In this document: one piece after another, positions 9,531 through 20,057 of the stretch
How positions within the stretch are numbered: the first letter of the stretch is position 1
Layout: each line of letters begins with the position of its first letter
Assembly: GCA_044236265.1 (NCBI GenBank)
Contig: JBIIGV010000001.1
Coordinates: 18,509 to 82,508, forward strand
Direction of reading: 5' to 3'
Length of the DNA: 64,000 nt
Source of the DNA: Oligoflexales bacterium
Lineage (GTDB): Bacteria > Bdellovibrionota_B > Oligoflexia > Oligoflexales > RGVZ01
The notes under the pieces: model-generated
What the model was told of the DNA's origin: nothing
Database searches by the model: none
The model's input: only the letters and a program-made list of their open reading frames with translations
Translations under genes and position numbers: made by a program

Positions 9531-10223
9531 ATGGCGACAACGAATCTCAAGATATGGTCAATTTGTATGACTCTGGTGATGCATCTGACCTCCTGCAAGA
9601 CGTCCCAAGACGACTCAAAGCTTAATGATGTCATCATCTCTGAAAAATATCAGGTTCAGTGCAACGGAGATTGGATTTGCGGCGACACAGATGTGTTGAA
9701 GGGCTCGGTTAAGGCGACGGTGAAGTACGGACCGAATGCGTTCGCCGAGTGTAGCAACGATCTCAAAGCTCAAGTTGCAAAAATCGCTTTATGTAAGTCA
9801 CCTAGCCTCATTGAGACGTCTGTTAAACATGAAGAGCTGACGAGGGAGTCTAATTGGATCACCTGCACGTCAGACCTGGGAAAAAAATTTTGTACCTATA
9901 TGGATGATGCGATAGCGGTGATCAAGCCGTGCAAGAACTCTCAAGATTGCGCCTTTAGATGGAATACCCAGTTGGAGCAGATGCGACTGTTTCGCTCGCG
10001 CTGGGAGCGCCTAAATATCGAGCGTCCTGTAACAGCCGATGCCGAGGTTGCAGAAAAATCCACAAAACTAGCGAGGACGATGTGTTCAAAGGAAGTCTCA
10101 ACTTATAATCCAGCAGAATTTAAAGAAATGCTTGTGACTATGAATGCTGTCTTAAAGATTCTGGAGAAAGTTCAGATCTCTGCAAAAATTGAACAGCCAG
10201 CGTTTTGTGAGTATAAATTCTAA
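9531..10223 (+). CDS. Cys-rich orphan lipoprotein
   Basis: Lipobox LTSC; about 10 further Cys; GAGGGGG SD. Confidence 0.7.
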   Translation: MATTNLKIWSICMTLVMHLTSCKTSQDDSKLNDVIISEKYQVQCNGDWICGDTDVLKGSVKATVKYGPNAFAECSNDLKAQVAKIALCKSPSLIETSVKHEELTRESNWITCTSDLGKKFCTYMDDAIAVIKPCKNSQDCAFRWNTQLEQMRLFRSRWERLNIERPVTADAEVAEKSTKLARTMCSKEVSTYNPAEFKEMLVTMNAVLKILEKVQISAKIEQPAFCEYKF

Positions 10224-10237
10224 ACGAAACTCTTTTG

Positions 10238-12241
10238 TCACTCATGCTTAAGCGCTTGAATGGGTTGTAGTGCAGCCGCCTTCTTAGCGGGCCAAAATCC
10301 GAAGATGATTCCTACGAACGCGGTCGTGCCTGCTACGAATCCAACAACAGCCGGTGAAATTTCAAATGGCCAATTGGTGAATGCCGCTGTTATTTTAGCT
10401 GAGCCCCAGCCTAGGCTTACTCCTAGTGCGCCGCCAATGATACCAAGCAGAGCTGCCTCAAACAAAAACTGGCTTAGGATGTCCTGCCTTGTAGCGCCAA
10501 GCGCTTTCCTCAGTCCAATCTCTCTTGTGCGCTCAGTGACCGACACCAGCATAATGTTCATAACGCCAATTCCACCAACGAGCAGTGAGATGCTGGCGAT
10601 GATGCTAAGAAGTAATGACATAATCTTGTTAGTCGATGAAATTGCAGCCTGAATGTCAGCCATATTGCGGACCGTGATGGCATCATCGACTTTTTCGTCC
10701 GAAAGTCGTTTCCTTTGCTGAATGATCGACTTAATTTGTTTTTCGACAATCGGCATGTTCTCAGGCTTATCCACTTGAATATCGACAGAGTGAACTGTCT
10801 CATACCCCAACACGCGGCGCATGGCGGTCTCAAGTGGCATGACCACCATGTCATCACGGTCCTGCCAGCCATTCGAGCCTTTAGCAGGTAGTAGACCAAT
10901 CACCTGAAAGTAAATTCGGTTTATGCGAATCTCTGCTCCAATGGGGTCCTTATCTCCAAAAAGATTTTTAGCGATAGTCCGTCCAATCATGACAACGCGG
11001 GCGCGAGACGTTTCTTCTTCTGGTGTGAAATTTCTACCAATATCTGGTTGCACAGACCTTAGACTTGCAAATGCGGTGGAGGATCCCGTCAGGCTTGTAT
11101 TCCAGGTTTTTTCCTCAAACTGGATCATTGCCTTGCCGTTAACCGTCGGAGCAATCCCGGTGACGTTGGTTAGCTCTGTCTTTAGCGCCTCGACGTCATC
11201 TGGAAATAGTCGCACTGGGTTTCCGCCTCCGGGAAGGCCCGTGCGACTGGAACCTGCCCACAACACTAAAAGATTTGAGCCGAGACCAGAAAGTTCATTT
11301 TCCATGGATTTTTTTGCACCGGCACCAAGACCAAGCATCGCGATCACGGCGGCCACGCCAATCATGATGCCGAGGATGGATAAAAATGAGCGAATTTTGT
11401 TTGATGTAACTGATCGTAATGCTTCTGACGAGTAGCTTTTAGCCTTTCGTATTTTCATGGCCAGCCCTTGCTCTGGCTCGGGAGTGGCGGTGTCATAAAG
11501 TCTGATTTTTGTCGTGTTATCTGCGCTAGTGGCTTTCATGCCGTCTAGATACTTGGGCGATTGCCGCTCATCTGAAACGATTTTGCCATCGCGCATACGA
11601 ATGACACGTTTAGCAACTTGCGTCACTTCAAGTTCGTGTGTGACGATGACCACCGTTATGCCGGCCTGATTTAATTGGACAAGAATGTCAAGAATATCTC
11701 GTTCGCTTTGACTGTCTAAATTTCCCGTCGGTTCATCAGCGAGGATTATCATGGGCTTGTTTACCAGAGCTCTGGCAATCGCAACCCTTTGCTGCTGACC
11801 TCCCGACAGTTGTGAAGGCGTATGATCAATTCGATCGCTAAGTCCGACGGCAGATAAAACTTTTTCAGCCCAGTTTTTATCGTATGGAGCTCCACTATAA
11901 AGCATGGGGAGTCCAACATTTTCAGCAGCAGATGTCCTGGCCAAGAGATTAAATTGCTGAAAAACGAATCCAATAGTGCGCGATCTAAGAACACTTAAAG
12001 TGTCATCGTCAAGACCCTTGATACTTTGGTCCGCAATAACAACGTCTCCACTGTCTGGTGTGTCCAATAGTCCGATCATGTTCATGAGCGTGGACTTTCC
12101 AGAGCCTGAGGGCCCAACGATCGCCACAAAGTCCCCGGCATCGATCGTCAGGTCGACGTTATCAAGCGCGCGCAGCTCGGAGTCTCCCATGCGAAAGACT
12201 TTAGATATCCGACTCATCTTGACGACAGAAGAAACACTCAT
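10238..12241 (-). CDS. macB: MacB-family ABC exporter (fused ATPase and permease)
   Basis: GPSGSGKST, LSGGQQQRVAIAR, DEPTGNLD; FtsX motif GGIGVMNIMLVSVTERTREIG. Confidence 0.93.
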   Translation of the reverse strand: MSVSSVVKMSRISKVFRMGDSELRALDNVDLTIDAGDFVAIVGPSGSGKSTLMNMIGLLDTPDSGDVVIADQSIKGLDDDTLSVLRSRTIGFVFQQFNLLARTSAAENVGLPMLYSGAPYDKNWAEKVLSAVGLSDRIDHTPSQLSGGQQQRVAIARALVNKPMIILADEPTGNLDSQSERDILDILVQLNQAGITVVIVTHELEVTQVAKRVIRMRDGKIVSDERQSPKYLDGMKATSADNTTKIRLYDTATPEPEQGLAMKIRKAKSYSSEALRSVTSNKIRSFLSILGIMIGVAAVIAMLGLGAGAKKSMENELSGLGSNLLVLWAGSSRTGLPGGGNPVRLFPDDVEALKTELTNVTGIAPTVNGKAMIQFEEKTWNTSLTGSSTAFASLRSVQPDIGRNFTPEEETSRARVVMIGRTIAKNLFGDKDPIGAEIRINRIYFQVIGLLPAKGSNGWQDRDDMVVMPLETAMRRVLGYETVHSVDIQVDKPENMPIVEKQIKSIIQQRKRLSDEKVDDAITVRNMADIQAAISSTNKIMSLLLSIIASISLLVGGIGVMNIMLVSVTERTREIGLRKALGATRQDILSQFLFEAALLGIIGGALGVSLGWGSAKITAAFTNWPFEISPAVVGFVAGTTAFVGIIFGFWPAKKAAALQPIQALKHE

Positions 12242-12256
12242 CAGTTTTTGCCTTTG

Positions 12257-13264
12257 TTACTTCTTTCGTCCCTTGGGAGGGCGCATTGGGCTAAACGGAT
12301 TCGAGGACGCTTCTTCAGCTGTGTTGCTTGCCTGTGGTTGTAAAATGATATCGCCCTCACTAAGGCCTGACGCAATTTCTAAGAACTTACCATTCGTTGC
12401 TCCAACGGTCACAACGCGCTCCTCAGGGGGTGCTTTGGGGTTGCTAGCCTTCACAAGGGTCAATGCCTCATCTCCCGACTTGATGATCCCAGATTGACCG
12501 CCCTTCGCGTCCTGTTTTGACTTCAAAAATGACGCGGGTGCTAAAATAACGTTTTGTTTTTTATCTTGAATAAATTTGACGCTGGTCGTCATGCCAGAAC
12601 GCATAAAAGATGGAACGTCGTCAGGTAGGATGCGGATTTCATAAATTGTGACGTTATTGACTTGTTTTGATTCGAAGGCGATACGAATAACTTTACCTGT
12701 CACCATTTGATCGCTATAGGCGTCAACACGTATTTCAACCGCTTGACCTAAAGATATTTTCCCAAGATCAGTTTCATCCACCTGTGCCAAGACTATCAAA
12801 CGATCCGAGATAACGAATACCGTATCGCCAGTTCCTACCGTTTGTCCGCGCTCCACTTGCTTCGAGATGACAATGCCGCCTAATGGCGCAATGACCGGGC
12901 TTGGTTTATATATGTCTTCCCAGCGTTTTTGTTCCTCGCTTCCTGCTGACCGTGCCATATCGATAAGTGCGGCGCGATCGTTGGAACTCATACGGGCAAG
13001 TAGCTGACCTGCACGAACCTTCTGCCCCTCTTGAACAAGAATCTCGTCGACGCGTCCGGCAATCTGCGGTTTTACAACCAATCGATTTTCAGGCTGAATG
13101 GCGCCGGTCGCCTGCACGGAGATTTCCAAATCGTCTCGCCGGATGGTGTGCTCTTTATAAGTGATCTCAGGCTTTCTGTTTTTTGCAATGTAAACGTAGG
13201 ACCCAATAGCGGTTACTACGATCAAAAAAAGTACGACCCACAACTTTGTTCTTGTAGGCTTCAC
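12257..13264 (-). CDS. macA: MacA-like periplasmic adaptor
   Basis: N-terminal TM; lipoyl halves GRVDEILVQEGQKV and APLGGIV; VDETDL; lies between tolC and macB. Confidence 0.88.
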   Translation of the reverse strand: MKPTRTKLWVVLFLIVVTAIGSYVYIAKNRKPEITYKEHTIRRDDLEISVQATGAIQPENRLVVKPQIAGRVDEILVQEGQKVRAGQLLARMSSNDRAALIDMARSAGSEEQKRWEDIYKPSPVIAPLGGIVISKQVERGQTVGTGDTVFVISDRLIVLAQVDETDLGKISLGQAVEIRVDAYSDQMVTGKVIRIAFESKQVNNVTIYEIRILPDDVPSFMRSGMTTSVKFIQDKKQNVILAPASFLKSKQDAKGGQSGIIKSGDEALTLVKASNPKAPPEERVVTVGATNGKFLEIASGLSEGDIILQPQASNTAEEASSNPFSPMRPPKGRKK

Positions 13265-14508
13265 GGTCCCTCCTCCAAAGCTATACCGATGGCTTCTAAG
13301 TAATCAGCATGCGCATCTGATAAATTATATTTGGCTCTAAGAACCTCGCCTTCCGATCGCATCAGGTCTGACTCGTAGCTATCCCAATCTTGAAATGACA
13401 TCATGCCAAGCGTGTATCTCTGACGTGAAACCTCGGCCTGAAGTTTTGTCGCTTCAAAAATCTTTCGGGCAACCTCTAGCTTTTGACGTGCAAAGCTGAA
13501 TGCCGACGCAGTTGATAGGGCCTTTTGCTTTTGCGTGGCTGAGGCCTCGGCCAAAGCAATACTGGTCGTCTTGCTTTTGGCAAGAGCTGCAGACACGTCA
13601 GCCGATGTTGATGGGTTAAACACCGGAATCTTTAGTGTGACTTCTGCCTGATAAATGGGGTCTTTGAGTGGAAGGTTCGGAGTCGCGGATTTGTTGGCAG
13701 ATGCCGATAGTGATAGGTCCGGAAAATATTTTCGTCTTGATTCTACAAGAGTCGCATCAGCTTGCTTTTGTTTGGCTAATAAAGCTTCAAGGTGCGGATG
13801 ATTTTTCAGCTCAGGAATGGCTGGGGCCCTCGTTTCAATGTCGCCGCTAAAAATTTCCTTTCTATCGATGTCTTGCCCTATAAGAACAGAAAGTTCACCT
13901 TTGGAACTTTCAAGATTTGCCTTAGCTTCTTCGGATTCAGTAGAGGTTTGTAGTTTTGCAGCCTCAGTACGAAGTACAGAGCCCTTATTTTCCCTGCCTC
14001 CTTGATAGCGAAGTTTTACAATCTGTAAGTTGGCCTCACGCCTGACTGTGTTCTTCTCACCTAGCTTGGCTAATTCTTGGAGGTAGATGACTTTCGACCA
14101 AGCTTTCGCAAGTTTGGCTCGCAGGGTGACACTGCTGAGTTTTAGCTCTGAAAGTGCTGCTTGCTTTCCCGATTTTGCGGCATTGAGTTGTGCTCTTGTC
14201 TTGCCAAATGAGAATAAGGATTGATCAAGTGCAATGCCAGCGTCGTAGGTATTGCTAGAGGTTTTTTCGCCAGAATCAATTCGTCTAGACGCTGAGAGGC
14301 TTGATGAGACGGAAGGCAAAAATTCAGCCTTCGCCCGATCAATAGCCGCATCGGCAGATCCCACTTCAGCCTTACCTGTGATAATCGAAGGCGCTGTTTC
14401 CAGAGCTTTTGCCTTAACCTCGCTCCAGGTCAAAGCCTTTGCGGAAGACGATGCGCAAAGTAGCAGCAATGTACAAAATTTCAGAGTTTTGAATTCGTGG
14501 TTTTCCAA
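13261..14508 (-). CDS. TolC-family outer membrane efflux protein
   Basis: Signal peptide; duplicated OEP repeats (AEFLPSVS / RKYFPDLSL, RYQGG / RYTLG). Confidence 0.88.
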   Translation of the reverse strand: MENHEFKTLKFCTLLLLCASSSAKALTWSEVKAKALETAPSIITGKAEVGSADAAIDRAKAEFLPSVSSSLSASRRIDSGEKTSSNTYDAGIALDQSLFSFGKTRAQLNAAKSGKQAALSELKLSSVTLRAKLAKAWSKVIYLQELAKLGEKNTVRREANLQIVKLRYQGGRENKGSVLRTEAAKLQTSTESEEAKANLESSKGELSVLIGQDIDRKEIFSGDIETRAPAIPELKNHPHLEALLAKQKQADATLVESRRKYFPDLSLSASANKSATPNLPLKDPIYQAEVTLKIPVFNPSTSADVSAALAKSKTTSIALAEASATQKQKALSTASAFSFARQKLEVARKIFEATKLQAEVSRQRYTLGMMSFQDWDSYESDLMRSEGEVLRAKYNLSDAHADYLEAIGIALEEGP

Positions 14509-15107
14509 GGCAACGACAGTCGCTCCAAGTGCTTTGCAATCATGTCAACTTCGATGTTTACCTTATCATTAATTTGAACATCTGCAAAACGAGTCGTATC
14601 CCAGGTTACGGGTATCAACATGAAAGAAAGGTGAGTGCCAGAATCATCGTCACGTAGGGTGTTAATGGTCAAGCTTGTACCATCAATGGCGATTGAACCT
14701 TTGGAAACGACATAAGGCGAAAGAGTTTTAGGAATCAGAATTTCGACGAAGTAAAAGCTTTCTTCTTTGCGGATGGTGGTAATCGTTCCCGTGCCATCTA
14801 CATGGCCAAGTACAATGTGTCCGCCTAACCTATCTGTGGGCCGCATGGAACGCTCGAGATTAACTCGCATGCCTGGTTTGGCTTTTTGAAGGCTGGTTTT
14901 TGAAAGCGTCTCGTGACTGACGTGAAAGGTCAGATCACCTTGCTGTTGGTGACCGACTTCGGATAGGCAAACGCCGTTGACCGCAACACTTGCGCCGTGA
15001 TCTCGCTCAAAATCAGGGCCTGGATCAACGACTAGAGTGAAGAGCCCGGAGCTTTCTCCAGTGACCTGCTTGACTACTCCAGTGCGTTCGACAAGGCCTG
15101 TAAACAT
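14481..15107 (-). CDS. ribE: Riboflavin synthase alpha subunit
   Basis: MFTGLVE, SVAVNGVCLS, RLGGHIVLGHVDG, KGSIAIDGTSLT. Confidence 0.97.
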   Translation of the reverse strand: MFTGLVERTGVVKQVTGESSGLFTLVVDPGPDFERDHGASVAVNGVCLSEVGHQQQGDLTFHVSHETLSKTSLQKAKPGMRVNLERSMRPTDRLGGHIVLGHVDGTGTITTIRKEESFYFVEILIPKTLSPYVVSKGSIAIDGTSLTINTLRDDDSGTHLSFMLIPVTWDTTRFADVQINDKVNIEVDMIAKHLERLSLPWKTTNSKL

Positions 15108-15109
15108 AA

Positions 15110-15568
15110 TTATTTATTTGGTGCTTGAATGGCGTTGAGTTCGCGCATGAATTGTTCTGTGTCGCGGAAGTCTTTGTAAACGGATGCAAAGCGCACGTAC
15201 GCAACTTTGTCCATTTCACTAAGGGCTTCAAGGATCATGCCGCCAAGTTTTTCACTGTGAACAACGCGCTCACCGGTATCTTGGATGGTGCGTTCGATTT
15301 TTGCCAGTAAGCCCTCAATTTGATCGATCGTTACTGGTCTCTTCTGACATGCAACTTGAATCGAGCGCAGTGCCTTATCGCGGTGATAGGGCTCAACGCG
15401 ACCGTCGCGTTTTTTGATTTGAAAAACGAAGGCTTCCTCTTGCTCGTAGGTTGTGAACCGATAGTTGCACTCAGGGCAGGAACGACGACGACGCACCGCG
15501 CGACCTTCGTGAGAAAGGCGGCTTTCGAGTACTCGCGTATCTTCATGTCCACAGCCAGGGCAGCGCAA
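15110..15568 (-). CDS. nrdR: Transcriptional repressor NrdR
   Basis: CPGC...RRRRSCPECNYRFTTYE, ATP cone, VAYVRFASVY. Confidence 0.97.
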   Translation of the reverse strand: MRCPGCGHEDTRVLESRLSHEGRAVRRRRSCPECNYRFTTYEQEEAFVFQIKKRDGRVEPYHRDKALRSIQVACQKRPVTIDQIEGLLAKIERTIQDTGERVVHSEKLGGMILEALSEMDKVAYVRFASVYKDFRDTEQFMRELNAIQAPNK

Positions 15569-15586
15569 AATGAGCTCCAGTAACGT

Positions 15587-16852
15587 TTAAGCCCACTCTG
15601 GATAGAGTGGAAATTTATCGGCTAACGCCAAAACATCCCGACGAATCTTATCCAGTTCAGCCGGATTGTCCACGTTTTTAACAACTCTTGCAATGAGGTC
15701 AGCAATCACAGCCATTTCCGCCGTCCCAAACCCTCGGCTTGTCACGGCCGGGGTGCCAATTCTGATGCCGCTAGTCACAAAAGGGCTGCGTTTTTCGCGT
15801 GGTACGGTGTTTTTATTGACGGTGATGTCGACCTTCCCGAGTGCTTCTTCAAGCACCTTGCCAGTGATCTCTGTTTCGGAAAAGTCCAACAGCATCAGAT
15901 GATTATCTGTTCCACCGGAGACAAGCTTAATGCCTTTTTTAGTAAGAGCCTCGGCCAGGGCCCGGGCATTAGCTACGACCTGTTTTTGGTAGGTCTTAAA
16001 GCTTGGCTCGAGGGCTTCCTTAAAGCTCACGGCCTTGGCAGCAATGATGTGCTCGAGTGGGCCGCCTTGGATCCCTGGAAAAACGCTTTTATTTATCTTT
16101 GCTGTAAGGCTTTCATCATTCCAAAGAATGATTCCGCCTCTTGGGCCACGTAAAGTCTTATGGGTGGTCGACGTGACAACGTGTGCATGTGGCACAGGGC
16201 TTGGATGCTCACCTGCTGCAACTAATCCGGCAATGTGCGCCATGTCGACCATCAGGTATGCGCCTACATCGTCAGCGATCTCACGGAATTTTTTGAAATC
16301 CAGAGTGCGTGCGTAGGCGCTGGCACCTGCGATCATGAGTTTAGGTTTTACTTCACGTGCGATCTTAACAACGTGATCATAATTGATGCGCTCAGTTTCC
16401 GGGTCGATGCCATAAAAGTGTGACTCGTAAAGAAGGCCAGAAAAATTGACCTTACTTCCATGAGTCAAATGGCCACCGTGGGAAAGGTCGAGACCTAGGA
16501 CCTTGTCGCCACTGTTAAGAAGCGCCAAGTAAACAGCAGCATTGGCTTGAGCTCCAGAATGCGGCTGAACATTTGCAAACTTTGCACCAAATAACTGGCA
16601 TACGCGGCGAATGGCAATCTCTTCGACGCGGTCTACAATTTGGCAGCCACCGTAGTAGCGCTTTCCAGGTAGCCCTTCAGCATATTTATTCGTGAGCACA
16701 TTGGCCATTGATGCGATCACTGCAGGAGACGCAAAGTTTTCTGAAGCAATGAGTTCAAGTCCGTGTCTTTGACGGCTCATTTCATCTTGGATAAGGCCAT
16801 AGATTTCCTGATCGCTATTTCGAAGACTGTCCCAAGGTTGATGTGAATTCAT
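15587..16852 (-). CDS. glyA: Serine hydroxymethyltransferase
   Basis: [37 protein letters not shown] 16852 after GGGGAG. Confidence 0.98.
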   Translation of the reverse strand: MNSHQPWDSLRNSDQEIYGLIQDEMSRQRHGLELIASENFASPAVIASMANVLTNKYAEGLPGKRYYGGCQIVDRVEEIAIRRVCQLFGAKFANVQPHSGAQANAAVYLALLNSGDKVLGLDLSHGGHLTHGSKVNFSGLLYESHFYGIDPETERINYDHVVKIAREVKPKLMIAGASAYARTLDFKKFREIADDVGAYLMVDMAHIAGLVAAGEHPSPVPHAHVVTSTTHKTLRGPRGGIILWNDESLTAKINKSVFPGIQGGPLEHIIAAKAVSFKEALEPSFKTYQKQVVANARALAEALTKKGIKLVSGGTDNHLMLLDFSETEITGKVLEEALGKVDITVNKNTVPREKRSPFVTSGIRIGTPAVTSRGFGTAEMAVIADLIARVVKNVDNPAELDKIRRDVLALADKFPLYPEWA

Positions 16853-16887
16853 GCTCAAACGACTCCCCAATCATCGATCGACAATAT

Positions 16888-17355
16888 TTAGTGACTAGAG
16901 CCAACTTTGCGCTCAATCTCGCGAATCTTATTGAGACGCGCTTGGTGGCGACTACCGCCAAACGGGGTATCAAGCCACAGCTTCACCAGCTCCGTAGCGC
17001 GCATATGGTTCGTCGTTCTGGCGCCAAGACAAAGGATGTTGGCGTTATTATGCTCTTTTGCCATGCGGGTTGAAAACTCGTCCCAAACAGCAGCGGCACG
17101 AATGCCTGGATATTTGTTGGCAGCCATCTGCATTCCTATGCCGGTTCCACAAACGAGAATGCCGACATCGGTCTTTCCACTCGAGACATCGCTTGCAACG
17201 GCTGACGCATAGTCTGGATAGTCAACAGACGTCTTGCAGTCAGCAGCGACTCCGTAATCAACAACTTGATGCTCCGTAAGACGCAGCATTTCCGCGATGA
17301 GTTGTTTTAGTTCCTTGCCTGCGTGATCGGCTCCAAGTCCTATCGTCAGCGCCAT
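16888..17355 (-). CDS. rpiB: Ribose-5-phosphate isomerase B
   Basis: DHAG, VDYPDY, CGTGIG, HNNANILCLGAR. Confidence 0.96.
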   Translation of the reverse strand: MALTIGLGADHAGKELKQLIAEMLRLTEHQVVDYGVAADCKTSVDYPDYASAVASDVSSGKTDVGILVCGTGIGMQMAANKYPGIRAAAVWDEFSTRMAKEHNNANILCLGARTTNHMRATELVKLWLDTPFGGSRHQARLNKIREIERKVGSSH

Positions 17356-17409
17356 GGATGACAGCTCCTATGAACGATGTACAAAAAAATATGTAAGCCC
17401 TAAAGCATT

Positions 17410-17431
17410 CGGGGCCCTCGTAAGGACCCCG
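17410..17431 (-). other. GC-rich hairpin just downstream of acpP (mRNA stabiliser or weak terminator)
   Basis: Minus-strand CGGGGUCCU-UACG-AGGGCCCCG; no strong U-tract on the minus strand. Confidence 0.5.
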
Positions 17432-17440
17432 CTTTTCTTA

Positions 17441-17686
17441 TCAGGCTTCGCCAGCTCTTTTGATGAACTGCACAGCGTCATCGACGGTGCGGATGTTCTC
17501 AGCCTCTTCGTCTGGGATGTCCACTCCGAACGCTTCTTCCATCGCCATCACCAACTCAACAATATCTAATGAGTCAGCGCCAAGGTCTTCGATGAACTTT
17601 GCTTTGCCAATAACGGCGCTTTCCTCAACGCCAAGTTGCTTAACGACGAGTTGCTTGACGCGATCTTCTAATGAAAGGTTGCTCAT
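17441..17686 (-). CDS. acpP: Acyl carrier protein
   Basis: [20 protein letters not shown]. Confidence 0.98.
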   Translation of the reverse strand: MSNLSLEDRVKQLVVKQLGVEESAVIGKAKFIEDLGADSLDIVELVMAMEEAFGVDIPDEEAENIRTVDDAVQFIKRAGEA

Positions 17687-17824
17687 TTCTTACTCCAGAT
17701 AACAATGAACTTTGTTAGTCTTCGGTTTTAACCCAGCAAAAGGACTACACGCAACTGGATATTTGAACTTCATTGACTTTTAAAAATGCAGACTCTGGTT
17801 GGGCGTGGGGGTCTCGGCGGTGAG

Positions 17825-19102
17825 CTAGAACAAATAACGGCTAGAGAGGCTAAAACTCTGCGTTTCTATTGAGATATCCTGCAGATTAAGGTTTCCCTGC
17901 ACTAGCTGCGTTTGCCCCGTTCCTCTTTGCCGTACCATGATCAGCTGGGTTTCTGACTGCCTAGTTTTTAAACCTATCCCCGCACTAAACCCCTGGTAAT
18001 CGACTTTGGCTGGTGGGCTGGCAACGAGGGAAGGCTTTGGGTCTGCAACAAGTGAGCTATTCGTGAAAAGTCCCCCGCTTAATAAAATTGGGCCCGCCGT
18101 AAGTTCTATTCCCGAGCTCCAATCAGTGACGGCAATCGTGTCAAAGCCCCCTTCGCTGGCCCAAGGGGTCTTGGTTGCTGGATAGTGCAACACGTCGGCG
18201 CTGAATAATAACCACGGGCGAGGACGAATGGCTACGCCGAGGGACCAAGTCCGGACGATGAGCTCATCTTCTCTACGAGTCGTTCCATCCGTTGACGATA
18301 GCTCCGGGGATGAGCCAGTCGATATGATGGAGCTAGTCTCAAAGTCAGTCATGTCGGAGAGTGCCTTTGGTATGCGAGCAGAAAGGCCAAGGCTGAAGAC
18401 ATCCGTCTTGAACATGAGGCCAGCGTTGGTGAGAGTGCCTTCGTTGCTTGTGCTTTGCCTGACAAAGCTGTCGTAGAAAACTCCATCATTGAACAGGGAC
18501 CGTTCTTTGAGCGCGGTCTGCTTTTGGCGGCGGTAATAAAATTCACTAACACCGATGGAAAAGTTTTTGCCAAGCGAAAAGGCACCACTAAGGCCGGCGT
18601 AGATTAAATTTCCAGACGTCAACTCAGAACGGTGATATTCAAAAGCAGATGCCGACGAGCTTGCAGGAATATCCAGGGTTTGTGATTCGTCGGTATTTTG
18701 CTGCTCAAGCGTAAAGTAGGACCATCCAAAAGTGAACCGTCCAAGCGAGGCGTGGCCTCCGGCAAAACCTGGGTAAATGGAGGCAGAGTTTTCAGAGATC
18801 TTTGAGTTGGCCGTAATGCCAGCGATTTCTTTTCGCGACCGAGAGTAGTTATTTACCGTGAGACTAAATCCTGGGCCTTTAAGGTGACCTAGGCCTGCCG
18901 GATTGTACCAGCTTGCAGAGGCGTCATCGGCCACTGCTGTAAACGCGCCACCTAAGGCTTGCGCTCGAGCTCCCGGTAAGATCATTCGTTTGTTTGTGGT
19001 CTCCGCTAGGGCCAAAGGGGCGGCGACGAATATAGTGATCGCGCTCCATGACGCCACACGACCAAGCGCTAATAGCCAAAAATTTAAGGAATAAACTCGC
19101 AT
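17825..19102 (-). CDS. FadL/OmpP1 (PorV-like) outer membrane beta-barrel
   Basis: GARAQALGGAFTAVADDASASWYNPAGL; C-terminal YLF beta-signal. Confidence 0.8.
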   Translation of the reverse strand: MRVYSLNFWLLALGRVASWSAITIFVAAPLALAETTNKRMILPGARAQALGGAFTAVADDASASWYNPAGLGHLKGPGFSLTVNNYSRSRKEIAGITANSKISENSASIYPGFAGGHASLGRFTFGWSYFTLEQQNTDESQTLDIPASSSASAFEYHRSELTSGNLIYAGLSGAFSLGKNFSIGVSEFYYRRQKQTALKERSLFNDGVFYDSFVRQSTSNEGTLTNAGLMFKTDVFSLGLSARIPKALSDMTDFETSSIISTGSSPELSSTDGTTRREDELIVRTWSLGVAIRPRPWLLFSADVLHYPATKTPWASEGGFDTIAVTDWSSGIELTAGPILLSGGLFTNSSLVADPKPSLVASPPAKVDYQGFSAGIGLKTRQSETQLIMVRQRGTGQTQLVQGNLNLQDISIETQSFSLSSRYLF

Positions 19103-19241
19103 AAAGGGTGGATCGGCCGGGGTCTATGGTTTATTTACATTGGGGTTATTGGCAAATGTGAAAAAACTCCCGCTTCACCTTGGCGTTACAGAAGGTTATC
19201 CTTTGCTCTGATCAACTGAAATTTAAGGAATCTAAATCCTT

Positions 19242-19982
19242 TTGAAGACGTTTCAACTTCCTGAAAATCCAGCATTGGTTGTCGCCAGTGATGTCCACGT
19301 GAGAACAGAAACGGACGAGCGTTACCTGTTGCTTTGTCAATTAGTGGAATTAGCCGCCGAGAAGAAGACCAAGACACTTGTATTGAATGGCGACATTTTT
19401 GATTTCTTCTTTGGTTGGGGATCATATTTCCAAAATAAGTATTCGCGGCTACTTCATGGTTTAGACAAGTTGGCCGCAAGTGGCGCATTGGTTTGGTTTG
19501 TCGAAGGTAACCATGAATTTGGCATGGACTCAGTTCAAAAAAAGTTTCGTTTCGATGTAGTCCCGAGTCACGGACGAGTTTGGATGAGTCCCCAAGGGAA
19601 AAAATTCCTGATCGCTCACGGCGACCTGCTGCAAAAGGATTTCAAATATGAGCTATTTAGAGCGCTTATAAGAAGCTGGCTTGTCAGTTTTGTGGCTTTC
19701 TGTGTCCCGCAGTGGCTTCTTGATCAATTCACTCTTTGGTTTGCAACAACATCTAGAAAAAAAGACAAATACCGCGTGCTTCGCCATGAGTTGATCGGAT
19801 CATGTGCAAAACAGCAGTTAGTCGCCGCCGGTGGTGATGTGATTATTTTTGGACACTTCCATCATCCTTACGATGAGGACTTGGGTGATGGAAAACGTAT
19901 GCTCAGTGTGTCGAGTTGGGATGAGCCCTCTTGTCTCGTCGTTACTGAAGATGGTTCGATATCAAGAATTTTAGCCCAATAA
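19242..19982 (+). CDS. lpxH: UDP-2,3-diacylglucosamine hydrolase-like metallophosphoesterase
   Basis: SDVH, GDIFDF, EGNHE, AHGD, GHFH. Confidence 0.8.
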   Translation: MKTFQLPENPALVVASDVHVRTETDERYLLLCQLVELAAEKKTKTLVLNGDIFDFFFGWGSYFQNKYSRLLHGLDKLAASGALVWFVEGNHEFGMDSVQKKFRFDVVPSHGRVWMSPQGKKFLIAHGDLLQKDFKYELFRALIRSWLVSFVAFCVPQWLLDQFTLWFATTSRKKDKYRVLRHELIGSCAKQQLVAAGGDVIIFGHFHHPYDEDLGDGKRMLSVSSWDEPSCLVVTEDGSISRILAQ

Positions 19983-20010
19983 AAAACCAACACTAAATTA
20001 CTTGAAGAAT

Positions 20011-20036
20011 AAAAAGCCCCCAAAATGGAGGCTTTT
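20011..20036. terminator. Intrinsic terminator between convergent genes, best on the minus strand
   Basis: AAAAAGCCCCCA-AAA-TGGAGGCTTTT; the minus-strand stem has one G-U pair and is followed by a U-tract. Confidence 0.7.
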
Positions 20037-20057
20037 GCTGTCATGTCATAATGAAGA

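Noticed and set aside
17825..19102. Type IX secretion system implied by a PorV-like barrel
   Set aside because: The motif is shared by the whole FadL superfamily and no other T9SS genes are present
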